A DNA stretch of 64,000 nt from Raillietiella orientalis (lineage: Eukaryota). The DNA is taken from contig JAYWIR010000007.1 of assembly GCA_036172245.1 (NCBI GenBank), positions 2,046,001-2,110,000 of the forward strand, written 5' to 3'. Made by a program: the position numbers and the translations under genes. Positions 53,230-64,000 of this stretch are shown piece after piece; position 1 is the first letter of the stretch; each line of letters begins with the position of its first letter. The notes under the pieces were generated by a model. It was not told where the DNA came from. It saw only the letters and a program-made list of their open reading frames with translations, and ran no database searches.

Positions 53230-53670
53230 GATGACGATAATTAAGAAGGGAGGAGCAAAGGAGAAGAAGGAGAAGAGGTTATTGTTGTTTCTGCTGCTGT
53301 TGTTGTTGTTGATGATGATGATGATGACGAGATGAAGAGGCTGTTGTTGTTGTTGTTGCTGTTGTTGAGGTTGTGTTGTTGATGATGATGAACAAGAAGA
53401 GGAGGGGGAGGAGGAGGGAAGGAAGGAGGAGGAAGAAGAGGAAGATGAAGAGGTTATTGTTGTTGCTGATGCTGATGATGACGATGATGAAGAGGAGAAG
53501 GAGGAGGAAGAAGAAAAGGAGGGAGGGATGGGGAAAGGGAAAAGGAGGAAGGGGAGGAGGAAGAAGGGGCAGATGAAGAGGTTGATGATGGCGATGAGGA
53601 GTAGGAGTAGGAGGAGAGAGGAAGGGAGGAGGTAAAGGAAGAAGAGGGAGGGAGGGGGAGGAGGAGGAAG
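53230..53670. repeat. Compound trinucleotide/low-complexity tract (GTT, GAT, GAG, GAA units)
   Basis: Interleaved (gtt)n, (gat)n and (gga/gaa)n runs, with the block aagaggttattgttgtt repeated at about 53273 and 53448. Confidence 0.9.
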
Positions 53671-54469
53671 GGAAACGGAACAGCGGCATTCGGAGGATTC
53701 TTCGGACTTGTGGAAGGATCATCCCACGCACGAGCCATCCTCTCCCCCCCCCCCCCCTTCTTTCTTTCTTTTTTTTCTCTGCCAATAATCGGTCTCCTCT
53801 TCCTTTGAACGAGGAGAGAAGGGGAGCACAGTTTTTCCGGAAATATCCCAACCCCTGAGCGTCCTCCCCTCCTCCTCCATGTGAAGAGGAAGTGAGAGAA
53901 GGGGAAAACAAAGGGGGGGGGGGGCGTTTTTCCTCTTGAAGTTTTCCTTCTCTTTTCTTCTTTTTCCGCGTGGGCAGCGTGCGCGGAAGCGAACGCGTCC
54001 CCCTCTGTCCCGCTCTCCACTTTCCTCCGCTTCCTTGCCCTCCCTTCCCTCTTCTCCCGTTCTCATTCTGCTTGCAAGCCTCCTTCGGCACCTCCCTTCC
54101 TGAAGGGCGCCTCCACAAGAAGCAGAAGGCTTTCCGGGAAGCCATCGAGTCTGGTCGGGAGAGAGAGCTCTACCTGCTGATCACCCGCTCTTTTGGAGGC
54201 ATCTCTCTCATGGTGGATTCTGGTGGATACGCTGTGGGTCCATCCCGCTCCGCGTCACGATCGTGGGGGAGAAAAGGATAGGGGGACGTTGCGAGGGCTT
54301 CTTGGTGAACGGGAGAGCGCTCCAGGAATTCTCCCGAGACGGAACCAGGACTCTCGGGTGGAGCCTCCACCATGGGAGGGGAAGGGAGGGGGCTGTCATG
54401 TGCCTCGGGCCCCGCCGAAGCCGAGCTCAACGGGGTCGGGCAGGCTCGGAAGATGCCTGCGTTTCCAGA

Positions 54470-54950
54470 AGAGCGATGCTCATCGTCCCGGATGGGGGTC
54501 GCTCTTGCGTTCCCGCTCTCTCAATCTTCCGTGCTGGGTGGCACTGCAGTCATCTTTGCCCCCCACCCTACCCCACCCCTACTCTCGCTCTGGGTGTGTT
54601 TGGGGACCTCCAGTGTCTCCGATCAGAGAAACGCGTCCTGGAGACATCCGGGACGAGCGAAGGCACGTGGGGGGCGCGAGGCACGCGCACTTGCACGGCG
54701 CATTCCCCATAGTGAGGATTGAGCGGTGGCGCGCAGACTTTGCCGGTGCGTGCAACGTGTCGAGGGCTCCTCTTGACGGCGCCACCTCTCGCGAACGTCT
54801 GCCGCGTCACGGCGACCCTCCCTGGATGGCGCTCCCCCGTCCGCGAGGGAGACGGGACGCCTTGCTTTCCCAAGGCACCGCCGACTTCGCCGTCTTTCCC
54901 GGACGTGAGGGTCGCCGGTCGAAAACGCAAGCAGGGAAAGGAAGGAGGGG
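54470..54950 (+). mobile_element. Degenerate gypsy-like integrase relic
   Basis: LIVP, ERWRADFAG, HGDP and TADFAVF resemble lvVP, eRvh.DFaGP, fG.P and ts.eF..F. Confidence 0.35.
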
Positions 54951-55829
54951 GAGCCTCCCCTCCCCCTTGGTCCGGTGCTTCTGTTCGTCTATCTTCACTG
55001 CCAAGCGCTCTTGCGCGGCTGCCCGCTCCTCAAGAAGGTGCGCTTTGCCAGCACCTCGTCTCCTCTCCCCCTCCCTCGAGCCGCGTAGCGCCCAGACATG
55101 GCGCGTAATTTCTCGAGGTCTCGGCAGCTGACGCGGTGCCTGCCGTGTCATTCGTGGCCTTCGGAGGTGGCCATCGCATGTGTCGTGTCGCGGGCCTCAT
55201 GCATCGCGCGCCGCTGTCCGCAAGAATGAGAACGATGCGGAATGCGCCGGGAGACGCTGGTGGCCCTTCGCTGTCGGGCTGACACTCAGGGAGCTGCCTC
55301 ACCCGAGGGAGAACTCGGGTCTTTCGGGTGACTTCCGAGGAAGCCACCCGAGAGCGCGAAAGCACGGAAGCTGCGCGTTTTCGTCCGAGGAACCCGCCCT
55401 CGACCCACCATAGGAAATCCCGCATCTCTCCAGCTCCGCTCCCGCTGTCGTTCTGTCGAGATACAAAAGGGAGCGCTTCCTCAGGGAACCAGAAGGGCCG
55501 GTCGGTCGGAAACCGGGAGGTTCCGTGGATCCACTTCATCCCACGACACGTGGTCCACTTGATCGGTTTGGATTCGGCATGCCTGCTGATTCGTATCGAT
55601 CGGAAGGAGCGACCGACCCACTGGCTCGCGGAACCCCAAGGAATGGGGTGATCTGCGGGCTGAGAGTGGGATTCAGCTGGAATCGTGAAAGACGGCTTGC
55701 GTGAAGCAACCAGAGCGTCTCCTGCAGACTGGGCACCCTGAGCTTTCACACCAACTGGAACTCCTCCCATATTTGCAAAATCAGAGCGTCCCCCCCTCCC
55801 TTCACCCCACCTCATGATCTCTGGCAGAG

Positions 55830-56100
55830 ATGGAGACTGCCCTATGAGACAGAAAGAAGTACGTACTTGAGAGAAGTCACGCTGATGAGAAAGGACCCGA
55901 ATTTCGGAAAGAGAAGGGAGCTCTCCCGCTCTCCTGACGGTCTACACGGACAACCCGAGACCAGCGTTGAATAGCTGAAGAATGCAAAACGAAGACTTGA
56001 AGCAAATGGCACAACAATCGCTGGACCATTTGCCGACCGTGAGAAACGAAGATTGCGACTGTGACAACAATCGTTAGAGGCTTTCCGTTGTTGTGAACGA
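55830..56100 (+). mobile_element. Degenerate gypsy-like RNase H relic
   Basis: LTVYTDN (cf. f.vyTDH) followed by a segment ending NNR*RLS (cf. N..aD.LSR); locally lower GC than the flanks. Confidence 0.4.
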
Positions 56101-57779
56101 CGAGGACGTGCGCGCGCCCTTGCGCGTGCTTTACCAACGACTGAGACAGCTCACGCAGGGAGTCCACTGCCATCGCAAAGGGTGGGAAGTGGGGGGAAGG
56201 AGGGACAGGGCAAGGATCCGGATGGAAAGAGCCATCCCAGGAGGTGCTCTTTTTACAGATCTGTTCCAAGGACGAACCGTTTCTCTTAATAATGCCGCAT
56301 TTAAGGGCGATGCATCCTGGAACGATCCGGTAATTTTCCCAACGGGTTCGAGGAAGGGAAGCGGGACATTCGGACGGCAGCACCTCGGAAGAAGCTGTTA
56401 AAAGGGAAAGGGACCAGCACCTTGCTGTGGTGCGTCTTCTCCACCTTCGACGTCACATACCTCGCGCAGAAAACTTTGAGGGGAAACGCGAGACGGGCGC
56501 GAGTAGCGGGAACGGATCCCGTGGGGTGCCCCTTGGGTGCTGCGGCTTGGGGTCGGATTCTGCGCTTTGCGTGTACGTGAGGTCCAACTGCTGGTCAAAA
56601 TCGGAATCGGAATCCTTCCCTCCCTCCCCCGTCGGAAACAAGGGGAGAAAAGGAGGGAGCTCAAGGATCGGCGATTCACACAAAAAGCTCTTCCCTGCCC
56701 CCTTCGTCATTCGGAGGAGGCAATGGCCGCGCATTCGTGGTAGTGAAGGGGGGGGGTAGGGTGGCTCTGCGTGCCCTTTCCACAAATCTGGCGGGTCTTT
56801 CGAACCGACGAAACTCCCCGTGGGAACGAAATGGGAATCGGATCCGCGGGCGGAGCAGCAATCCTTGATGTCCTCCGTGCTAGGAGCGCAAGGGGGAAAG
56901 GGTCGAGGCCCTCCTCAGCTGGAAACAAAAGAGAGTTGTGGGTCCCCGATCTTGCGAGTCCCAGAGCTCGGGGGACAGCTGTCGCGAACGCGAAAAAAAC
57001 GGAGCCTGGCGGGCGCGAAGGAAGAGCCGGGACGTGGTCGCTGTCGCCCCAGAGCGCCCCAGCGCACGCTGCCGTCCGGGCGAGGCTGTGATCTCCACTG
57101 CCCCTCCAGGGCCATTCAGACCCGGAAGACGGAAACGACGAGAGCTGAGGCTCCCCCGGGGCTCGGAGGGTGGGAATTTTCCTCAGCGTGACACGAGGCA
57201 CGCGTCGGGTGTGTCCGCGGTCATCGCGGGACCAGCCAAGGTGGTGCCGGGGAACGGGCGGACAGGCAGATGTCCCCCTCGGGCCTCTCTTTCCGTCGCG
57301 GGCGCTCTCACGAGCGGGAGGGGGAGGTTTCATGGAGTCTGAGCGGGAACGCCGCCGGCTTCCGGAGGCCAGGCCGGGAGTGGGAAAGCGAATGGTGCAG
57401 GGAAGCGCTCCCGTCTCTGGCACCCGGAGGAAAGGAGGGAAGGGGGGACGGGACACACTTCATCGGGTCAACGATGGCAACGGTGTCAAGAGGAGTCCGT
57501 CCTAATCCCTCCTCTCCTCCCACTCTCTAGGATGAGCGTGCGCGGAATCCGCCCCGCGCCCGCTCCCTTGCACCCGGGACACGAGCGCCTCACCACTCGC
57601 CGAAGGGAAGGGGCCCCTTCCTGAGAGAAATTCCTTCTCTCGCAAGAGGAAGGACGCCGTTACGGGGGTGAGCGGAGGCCTCTTGCCCCAAACAGACCCG
57701 CTCCTCCCTTTCTTCTCCTGCCATGGAGCCAGGAATCTCCCTCCCCAACCCTCCCATCTCCTAGCGACGTGGACTTCTT

Positions 57780-58060
57780 GCTGGAGAGGCGGAAGCGCTG
57801 CCGATGATCTTCATGCCACGGACCTCCTCTGCCTTCGACTGCCCGCGGGAAGCGAGGCATCCGGGAGACTTCGAGACTCCGGACTCACCTCCGATAATCT
57901 TCCGCGGAATGGGAAGATAGGTGGGCAGAGAAGGGGACTGGAGCCGACCGCAGACCCTCGGTCCTTGGCAGGGGTCCTTCTCCGGGCATCTGGAGACGCG
58001 CCCCTGAAGAAACGGCTTAGGATGGGACGATGGGAGGGGATGCCGGAGGACCAGATGCTG
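57780..58060 (+). mobile_element. Possible pogo-like DDE transposase relic
   Basis: Fragments AFDCP (cf. FDmP), PPIIFRG (cf. lPP.iIFkG) and GMPEDQM (cf. GWM.e..m) across frameshifts. Confidence 0.3.
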
Positions 58061-61000
58061 AGGGGGAGGGGGAAGGCAGGGAACCTCCGTCAACCCCTGT
58101 CCTCGTCTTGCGTTCACCCAGTGTCAGAGCCCCACCTCTCCAGGGCGAACCCTTCCAGAGCTGAAGAGACCCTGCATGCTCCGCCAGGGAGAAGCAAGGC
58201 CTCGCCCCGGAGACACCGGTCTGCCTCCGGAGCTCGGTCCTGCGAAAGCAGGGAGGAAGAAGTTCCGTCCCAACGGTCCGTCCTCCTGGAGACGAGGGGA
58301 GTCCCTCAAGCTCGAGGATGTGGGGACAACCTCTTCCCAGTTCCTTCTTTGCTTCTGCGGGCCGGTCCGGGGTAGCTCGGAGCCTGCCTGCAGATTCGGG
58401 AAGCAGTGCCTTGGGAAAACTCGGGGTCTCTCAGCGCCTGCCCGCAGGGGAGAACGGAAGGGAGGCCGGCTGGAGGTTACTCTCCTGCCCTTCCCCGCAG
58501 AGAGGTGCAGAGCCCACGGTCCGCGGTGGGGCGTAGGGAGGGAGGGGGGGAGAGGGGATCTCCCGCCCTTCCAACCGGGGCGCGGACCCCGCGATCCTTG
58601 AAACGTGCAGTTTTGCGGCGTGAGGAAATCCGTGCGCGCACGCGACTGTTTGTTTAATGGAGCGTTGCTGCGGGCAACCGAGGTGATTACTTAAGGAGCT
58701 GCCTCCTGGGTCCGTCGTCTCGGGATGATGGATGGCTCCAAGTTTCGCAACCCTCTCTGACCACGCGGGGGAGGAGGGAGGGCAGGCGATTTCTCCCTGA
58801 AGCGCGCGTGCGTGCGCGTGTCGACGACCCTCCTGGGGCCCCAGGCTGCTCCTCTGCTTGCGGAAGGAGTCGAGGAGCGAGGGGGGACCCCTTTCCTCGC
58901 CCTTGCCGAGGCCTCTCCGCCGCTCAGGCGGCGGTTGCGAACTGCAGCGGAAGGATGGACACCGCCCCTCATCCCTCCCCTTTGCGAACCGTCCGAAGGG
59001 GAGCCGAAGAGGAAAGGAATCCCAAGGGATGGGAGGGAGGAGAGAGAAGGGAGCGCTCATCCCTTTCAGTCGGAGGTCCGGGCGGATGCGCCAGCTGCTC
59101 TCACGCTAGTTCCCTGCTCTTTCTCCCTCCCCTTTGCACCTTCCTGTCCTCCCATTCATCCTCTCCGCGTCCCAACAAGCGCGCCGGGAGGGTTTCAAAA
59201 TCGGCGCGAATTCTCCATGCTGTCGTAACCGCGGACCGCGGAGACCTTCGACCGGTTTCCGTCCGCCTCCGCCGTGAGGTCGCCAGTTCGCGCGTGCTCC
59301 AGGAAGGGGGGTGGGTGGAGGGGGGAAGACTGTGACCTTTTTTCCCCTCCCCTCTTCCCAAGGGCCACACAGGGATGCCTGGCGCACCCCATCCTCCCTC
59401 CCCTTTCCCTGTCTCCTTCCGGGAGGGCGCTGGAGCGCACGCGGGAAAGGGAGGGAAGTGGGGCCGAAGGGAAACCGCGCAAGGGCGCGAGCGCGCGGCG
59501 GAGGGCGGAAGCTGCCCTCCCTCCCGCTTGCACCCGCGAGCTCGGCAGGAACGCGCGGCGCCGCGGGCGATGCGCTCGGACCCGTGACGGCCGAGGTCGC
59601 GTCCTGCCTCGGGGTATCGTGGGCAGGCCGCGACACGCCCCCCTCCCCCTCCTCCTTGAGCACCCCACCCGCCCGCGCCTCCCGGAACCGCGCGGAACGT
59701 TGCTTGGGCAACGCGGGCGTCCTCACCCGCCTCCGTGACTGCGTAAGAGCCGCGTGACCTCCGGGCCGCTGGTGGCCAATCACGCGTGAATGGCCGTTAA
59801 TTGGCAGCCGGCGGATTAATAGGGGGCGATACCGGGAGGGGGAGTCAGGAAGGGGGCGTCCTGAGGCTCCTTCGAGGACCCCCGCCCCTCTTTCCAAGCA
59901 GGAGGCCTCCCTCTCCCGGCAGGGGTCGCCCAGCCGTTGCGTGAGGATGTAAGGGGGGAGAAGGGGGAGAGTTGCACGTCGAGGAGATGGGCGCCCTTCC
60001 TCTTCTTGAGAGGGGTCAAAATGGCACCCTGTCGCCAGGATGTTCATTCCCCTTTCCGTGTCTTCGGCTCCTGCAGGGAAGAGAGAGAGCGGCGCTCCAG
60101 GAGGACCCTCGCCGAGTGCGGAGACCCTCCCCCACGGGCATCCTGGTGGCGATGCGCTCTGCTGCCGACGGTCATCCAGAAGTGGGAAGGGGGACGCCCT
60201 CTCTCCCCGTTCTCAAACTAGAGCTCCTAGTAGGTGGGACCCTAGGAGTCGGCACTTCCTTCTTCTTCCCTTAGGAGAGGGCTACGGTGAGGACCTGGCG
60301 GAAGTGACGGTGAATAGCAGTGGTTAGGGACTACTGGCGCTTTCCCCAGGGAGGCCCCTTTCCCTCCTTCCTCTTGCGCGCGCCGGCCTCAGGAATGACG
60401 TTTCTTCCTCCTCCCTCCTCCCACCTCTTTCATCGGAGTTGGGAGACTCCCTGGATCGACATCTTCAGGAGGAGGAAGAGGAGAGAAGAGGGTTGCTCTT
60501 CCTGTGGGTTGGGGCGCGGGGGAGGCAGCGGAGGGAGACCTCCGGACCCGTCCGAGGGGTTTCGCCTTTCTCCAGCGCGGTCTCCCCTCTCGGGTGCGTG
60601 CATGCACGGAAGGACCCCTCCGGAGCCCTATCGGGGAGAAGGTCTGGGCATCTTCCGCCATCTTCCCCTCCCAGGGCAGAGAATTCGCCTTGGTACGCGC
60701 GCTCCCTTCCCGCGGGCGAGCTCCCTTCCCTTTTCGCCGGCGCCACTTGCGGAGCCGAGCCTGCGGCCGCGGGCGCTCCGCCCGGCCGGAAGGGAGCGCG
60801 GGCGGCCGGCCGCAGCCGACACCGCCGCGGATTGCGTCACCGTCCGAGTGGTCCAGTTTAAATGGAGGCTGAGGGCCGGCTGCTGAGGAAAGTGAAACCG
60901 AGGACGGCGGGCTGCGCGGTTCGTTTGGGATCCACCGAGAGCGGCGGCAGAGGCGACACGCACGAGGAAAGAAAGGTGAGAGGGTGGGGTGGGGGCGGTG

Positions 61001-62210
61001 GAAAGGGAAGGGAGAAGATTGCGTTTGACTCGAGCCGAAGCCTCGGAGAGGCGCGGATCGCGAGCCTCCTCCACCCCATTCGATCGCTCCCTCTCCCCCC
61101 GTCCTCCACCCTTGCGGTTCCTTCATCGTCGCCGTCGAAGGCGCGAGGCCCTCGGCAGGAGAGAAACGGGGGGGGAGGAGATGGCGGCGAGGCGCTGCTG
61201 AAACACGTCTCCAGAACTCCTCTCCCTCCTTCTCCTCCTCCAGCCCATCCCCTCTGCGCGATGGGCCGGGCGCGTCCCCAGCGACTGCAAGAGCAGAGGG
61301 AGGTCCCTTGAAAACAGACGAGGGAGTAGAGGAGCAGCCGGGGTGCCCCACGTGGCACACCAGCTGCGCTTCCTTCGGATCCTCTTCCTTTCGTCCTCCC
61401 CCTACCTCCCTGCTCCTCTCTGGTTCGGCTCCAGCCCACCTACGCACTGGGAAGGGTGAAGTGGGATGGAGTACGCTGAGCCGCCTCACGTCGGAGACGT
61501 TTAGGGGAACCCTGATTCACCATTCTTCGCCCTTTGGCCATTTCCTCGTCAACTCCGTTCCGGGTCCCCTTGGAAACCCTGCCGAGGGAGCGCATTCTCT
61601 CCCTCTCCCCCACCAAGCGAGACACGCCGTCTCCCCTTCCCTGCTCTCTTCCTGCCCTTCTGCAAATCGCTCTGGCTGGTTGGTTGCGGAGGAGAGGGGA
61701 AAGCGGAAACAGACCCCAGCATTAGTGGGGCAGGAACTGGGAACGATACGAAGGGATGGGTTCCATGGAAGCAAGAGGCACCCGTTGGCCGGCCGCCAAT
61801 GCCGATCTGCGGGAAAGCAGAGTGTCGCAGGGAGTGTCCGGAGGAGAGGAGGGAAGAGAAAGGGGTTGTGGGTGGAGCTCGCCTCATCCCGGTCAAAGCC
61901 GGCACTCGCCATCCTTCCCCGTGGACGGTTCAGTTGCGCACTTCCCTGCATGGGGTGAGGCACTGAGGAGGAGTGGGCGCTCGACTCCCGAAGACAGGTG
62001 GGGGTTCCGTGTGGACGTCGGAGGGGGAGGACAGGGGTGGCGAAGTGGGGGAGAAAGAGGCGCGGGGGGAGTCCCTGAAAGTCGCAGCCACCCCTCGGCG
62101 TTCTTCACTCGTTTTCGCGGCAGAGCAGGAAGATGTGGTCGAGGAAGGGGGGGGGGAGCATCCCCTCCTTCGTCCGGATTTGCCTCATTGCTCCTTTCTC
62201 TCTCTTCCAG

Positions 62211-62480
62211 ATGCGGATGTGCTTCCTGGTGACCTTCCTGGCGCTCTTCTACTGCTGCCTGGCCGTGGACGAGTACAACAAGCGGCTCTACAGGTCGGAC
62301 GTGGACCACTACCACGCCGGCGACCGCGCCTACAGCAAGGTCCGACGCAACTACAAGCCCGTCTACGCCAACTACGACGACTACTATCACCAGAAGAAGC
62401 CCTACTACGAGCCCGGAGTGTACGAGGACGCGCAGGCCACCGTGGACATCGTCCAGCACCCCGACGGCTTTGAGTACTCG
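62211..62480 (+). CDS. Coding exon (90 codons) of a secreted Tyr/Asp/His-rich protein, possibly a cuticle protein; other exons not located in the window
   Basis: Strong acceptor ctcctttctctctcttccag|ATG and donor TCG|gtaagg. Signal-peptide-like MRMCFLVTFLALFYCCLA, then a Tyr-rich segment ending HPDGFEYS. 86 of 90 codons end in G/C. Confidence 0.8.
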
Positions 62481-64000
62481 GTAAGGAGCTCAACCCGAGA
62501 GCGCGGGGAGGAAGAAGGGGAGGAGGAGAAAGAGGAGACGGAAGGAAGGAAGAAGGAAAAGGAAGAGGAAGAGGAGGAGGAAGGAAGAAAAAGAAAAAGG
62601 AAGAGAAGAAGAGGAGGAGGAAAAGTTTCCTTTTGTCCTGCTTCTGCTTCCGCTTGTCTGGGAGACAGTATTCATTTGCGTGCGCTCCCGCTCCCAACTC
62701 TTTTCCCCGTTCCTTCCACGAAGAGCGGTCAGCCGAAGCTCTGAGAGACGCCTCTCTGTTTCCCTTCGTTCCCCAGGACTTTCTGAGCTTCTCCTCAACA
62801 TCCCCAGAGGGAAATGGAGGAGGGAGGGACGCACAGCACCCTCTTTCACTGCCGTCCAGGAAGACAGGAGAGGGTATCTAAGCAACCGGAGCTTTTTCTT
62901 TCTCTCTCCGTCCCCTTCACTTCCACTGGAGTGTCTCTCCCTTCCGGAACCGCAGGCCGTCGCCCTCCCTTCCCGGAGGAGACGAGATCCCCACGTTCGG
63001 AAGCGTCCTCACAGCCTCCCTGCCAGTTCTCTCGGCGCGCACGACGGACCGCGGGCGCAGTCTGGCGGCACCACTCTCCAATCCTCGGTGGAGTCTGCTT
63101 CCCTCTCCACGATTCGCTAGGAAGAGCAAGGAGGAGCAGGAATAGGAGGTCGGTTTCCCTTCCCCCCCTACCGGGGTAGCAGTGTCCCAGGGGCACTCCC
63201 CCACCGCCTCCGCTGATGCGAAGAAGGTCCTGGTAGTGCGCCAAGCGCCCTCGTCCCCTGCCACCTGCATCCCCCTCGGTCTTTGGCTCCCAGAATGCAT
63301 AGGAGGGGACACAGGAACGCAATTCCGGAACGGGAAGAACAATGAGTTCTCTCTCCATCCCCCCAGAGGCATTCCGTCTCACGCTCCCCCCATTCGAGGC
63401 GGCTACGGTGGGGACGCGCTCGTGGGAACCTTCTAGTCCAGCTGTGGGTCATCTTCAACCTTAGGCCGCCGTCTCCACCTCCACCTGCCGAAGAGTGGGC
63501 ATCTCCTCCCGCGAGAAAAAAGCTACTCCTCTCAAGGGCCTGCGGCGCGATGGTGGGCAACGACGGCCATCCACGTGTCGCGTCGATCCGCGTGTCCGTT
63601 CCACGACGTCTCCTCCTCCTCCCACCTCGCGAGTGGACCGAATATCTTCCATCGGCCTCACGTCCGCTAACGACTTGGATTTTTTGGCTTCCGGAGGGCC
63701 CAATTACTGGCCCTATTCCGAACCGGATGTGAGGCAACCTCGTCTGCGGAACGGATTGCAGCCAACTGGGAGAGGGGGGACTCAGGGGCCGGGGGTGGTT
63801 CGAGGAAGGGAGTGGGCAGGAGAGCGCGCGAAGGAAGGTTCCTTTTGGCTCTTCCAGCGACACGGGGTCTTCGGGAGTCGTGACAGGCAGGCGGGAGCTC
63901 CTTGCGCGACGCGCGTCCCTTTCGCGCGTCCCCGCCGTCGCCATCGCCGGCAGGCAAGAAGCGGCCGCAGGAAGAGCAGGACAGGAGGAGGAGGAAGTGA

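Noticed and set aside
53279..54145. Minus-strand ORF with poly-Pro/His/Gln/Thr runs resembling a transcription factor
   Set aside because: It is the translation of a compound microsatellite with no domain or splice support.
55880..55920. Hammerhead-like CTGATGA...GAAA (similar cases at about 14340 and 58160)
   Set aside because: Core spacing or the GAAA motif is wrong, and stems I and III are missing.
36000..62100. Many overlapping ORFs of 200-370 aa on both strands
   Set aside because: Arg/Gly/Pro/Ser-rich low-complexity translations in all six frames are expected from stop-codon scarcity at high GC. They show no codon bias or splice structure beyond the TE fragments listed.
1..64000. CRISPR array, prokaryotic operon or horizontally acquired bacterial genes
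   Set aside because: No regularly spaced direct repeats and no intron-free bacterial-like CDS. All recognisable genes are spliced animal genes or mitochondrial fragments.

Overview
Eukaryotic (animal, most likely arthropod) nuclear DNA; no prokaryotic operon or CRISPR array. The left half (1 to about 33 kb) is AT-rich and holds four spliced housekeeping genes that I assembled by hand: MPG (-), a FAM177-family gene (-), farnesyltransferase beta FNTB (-) and MAX (+). Many of their introns are only 39-52 nt. Two mitochondrial insertions (NUMTs) with tRNA, rRNA, ND1 and ND2 fragments show different mitochondrial gene orders. The rest of the left half is decayed transposon relics (pogo/Tigger, hAT, Ty3/gypsy, Penelope). 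From about 33 kb onward GC content rises steeply into a CpG-rich domain of decayed LINE, gypsy and SINE relics, low-complexity tracts and one clear exon of a secreted Tyr-rich protein with 86/90 G/C-ending codons. Most long ORFs in that half are artefacts of high GC. All homology calls come from motif recognition by eye, not database searches. I found no clearly new multi-gene system. The best leads are the two NUMTs with conflicting gene order, the FNTB-MAX linkage, the very short introns and the sharp compositional boundary.
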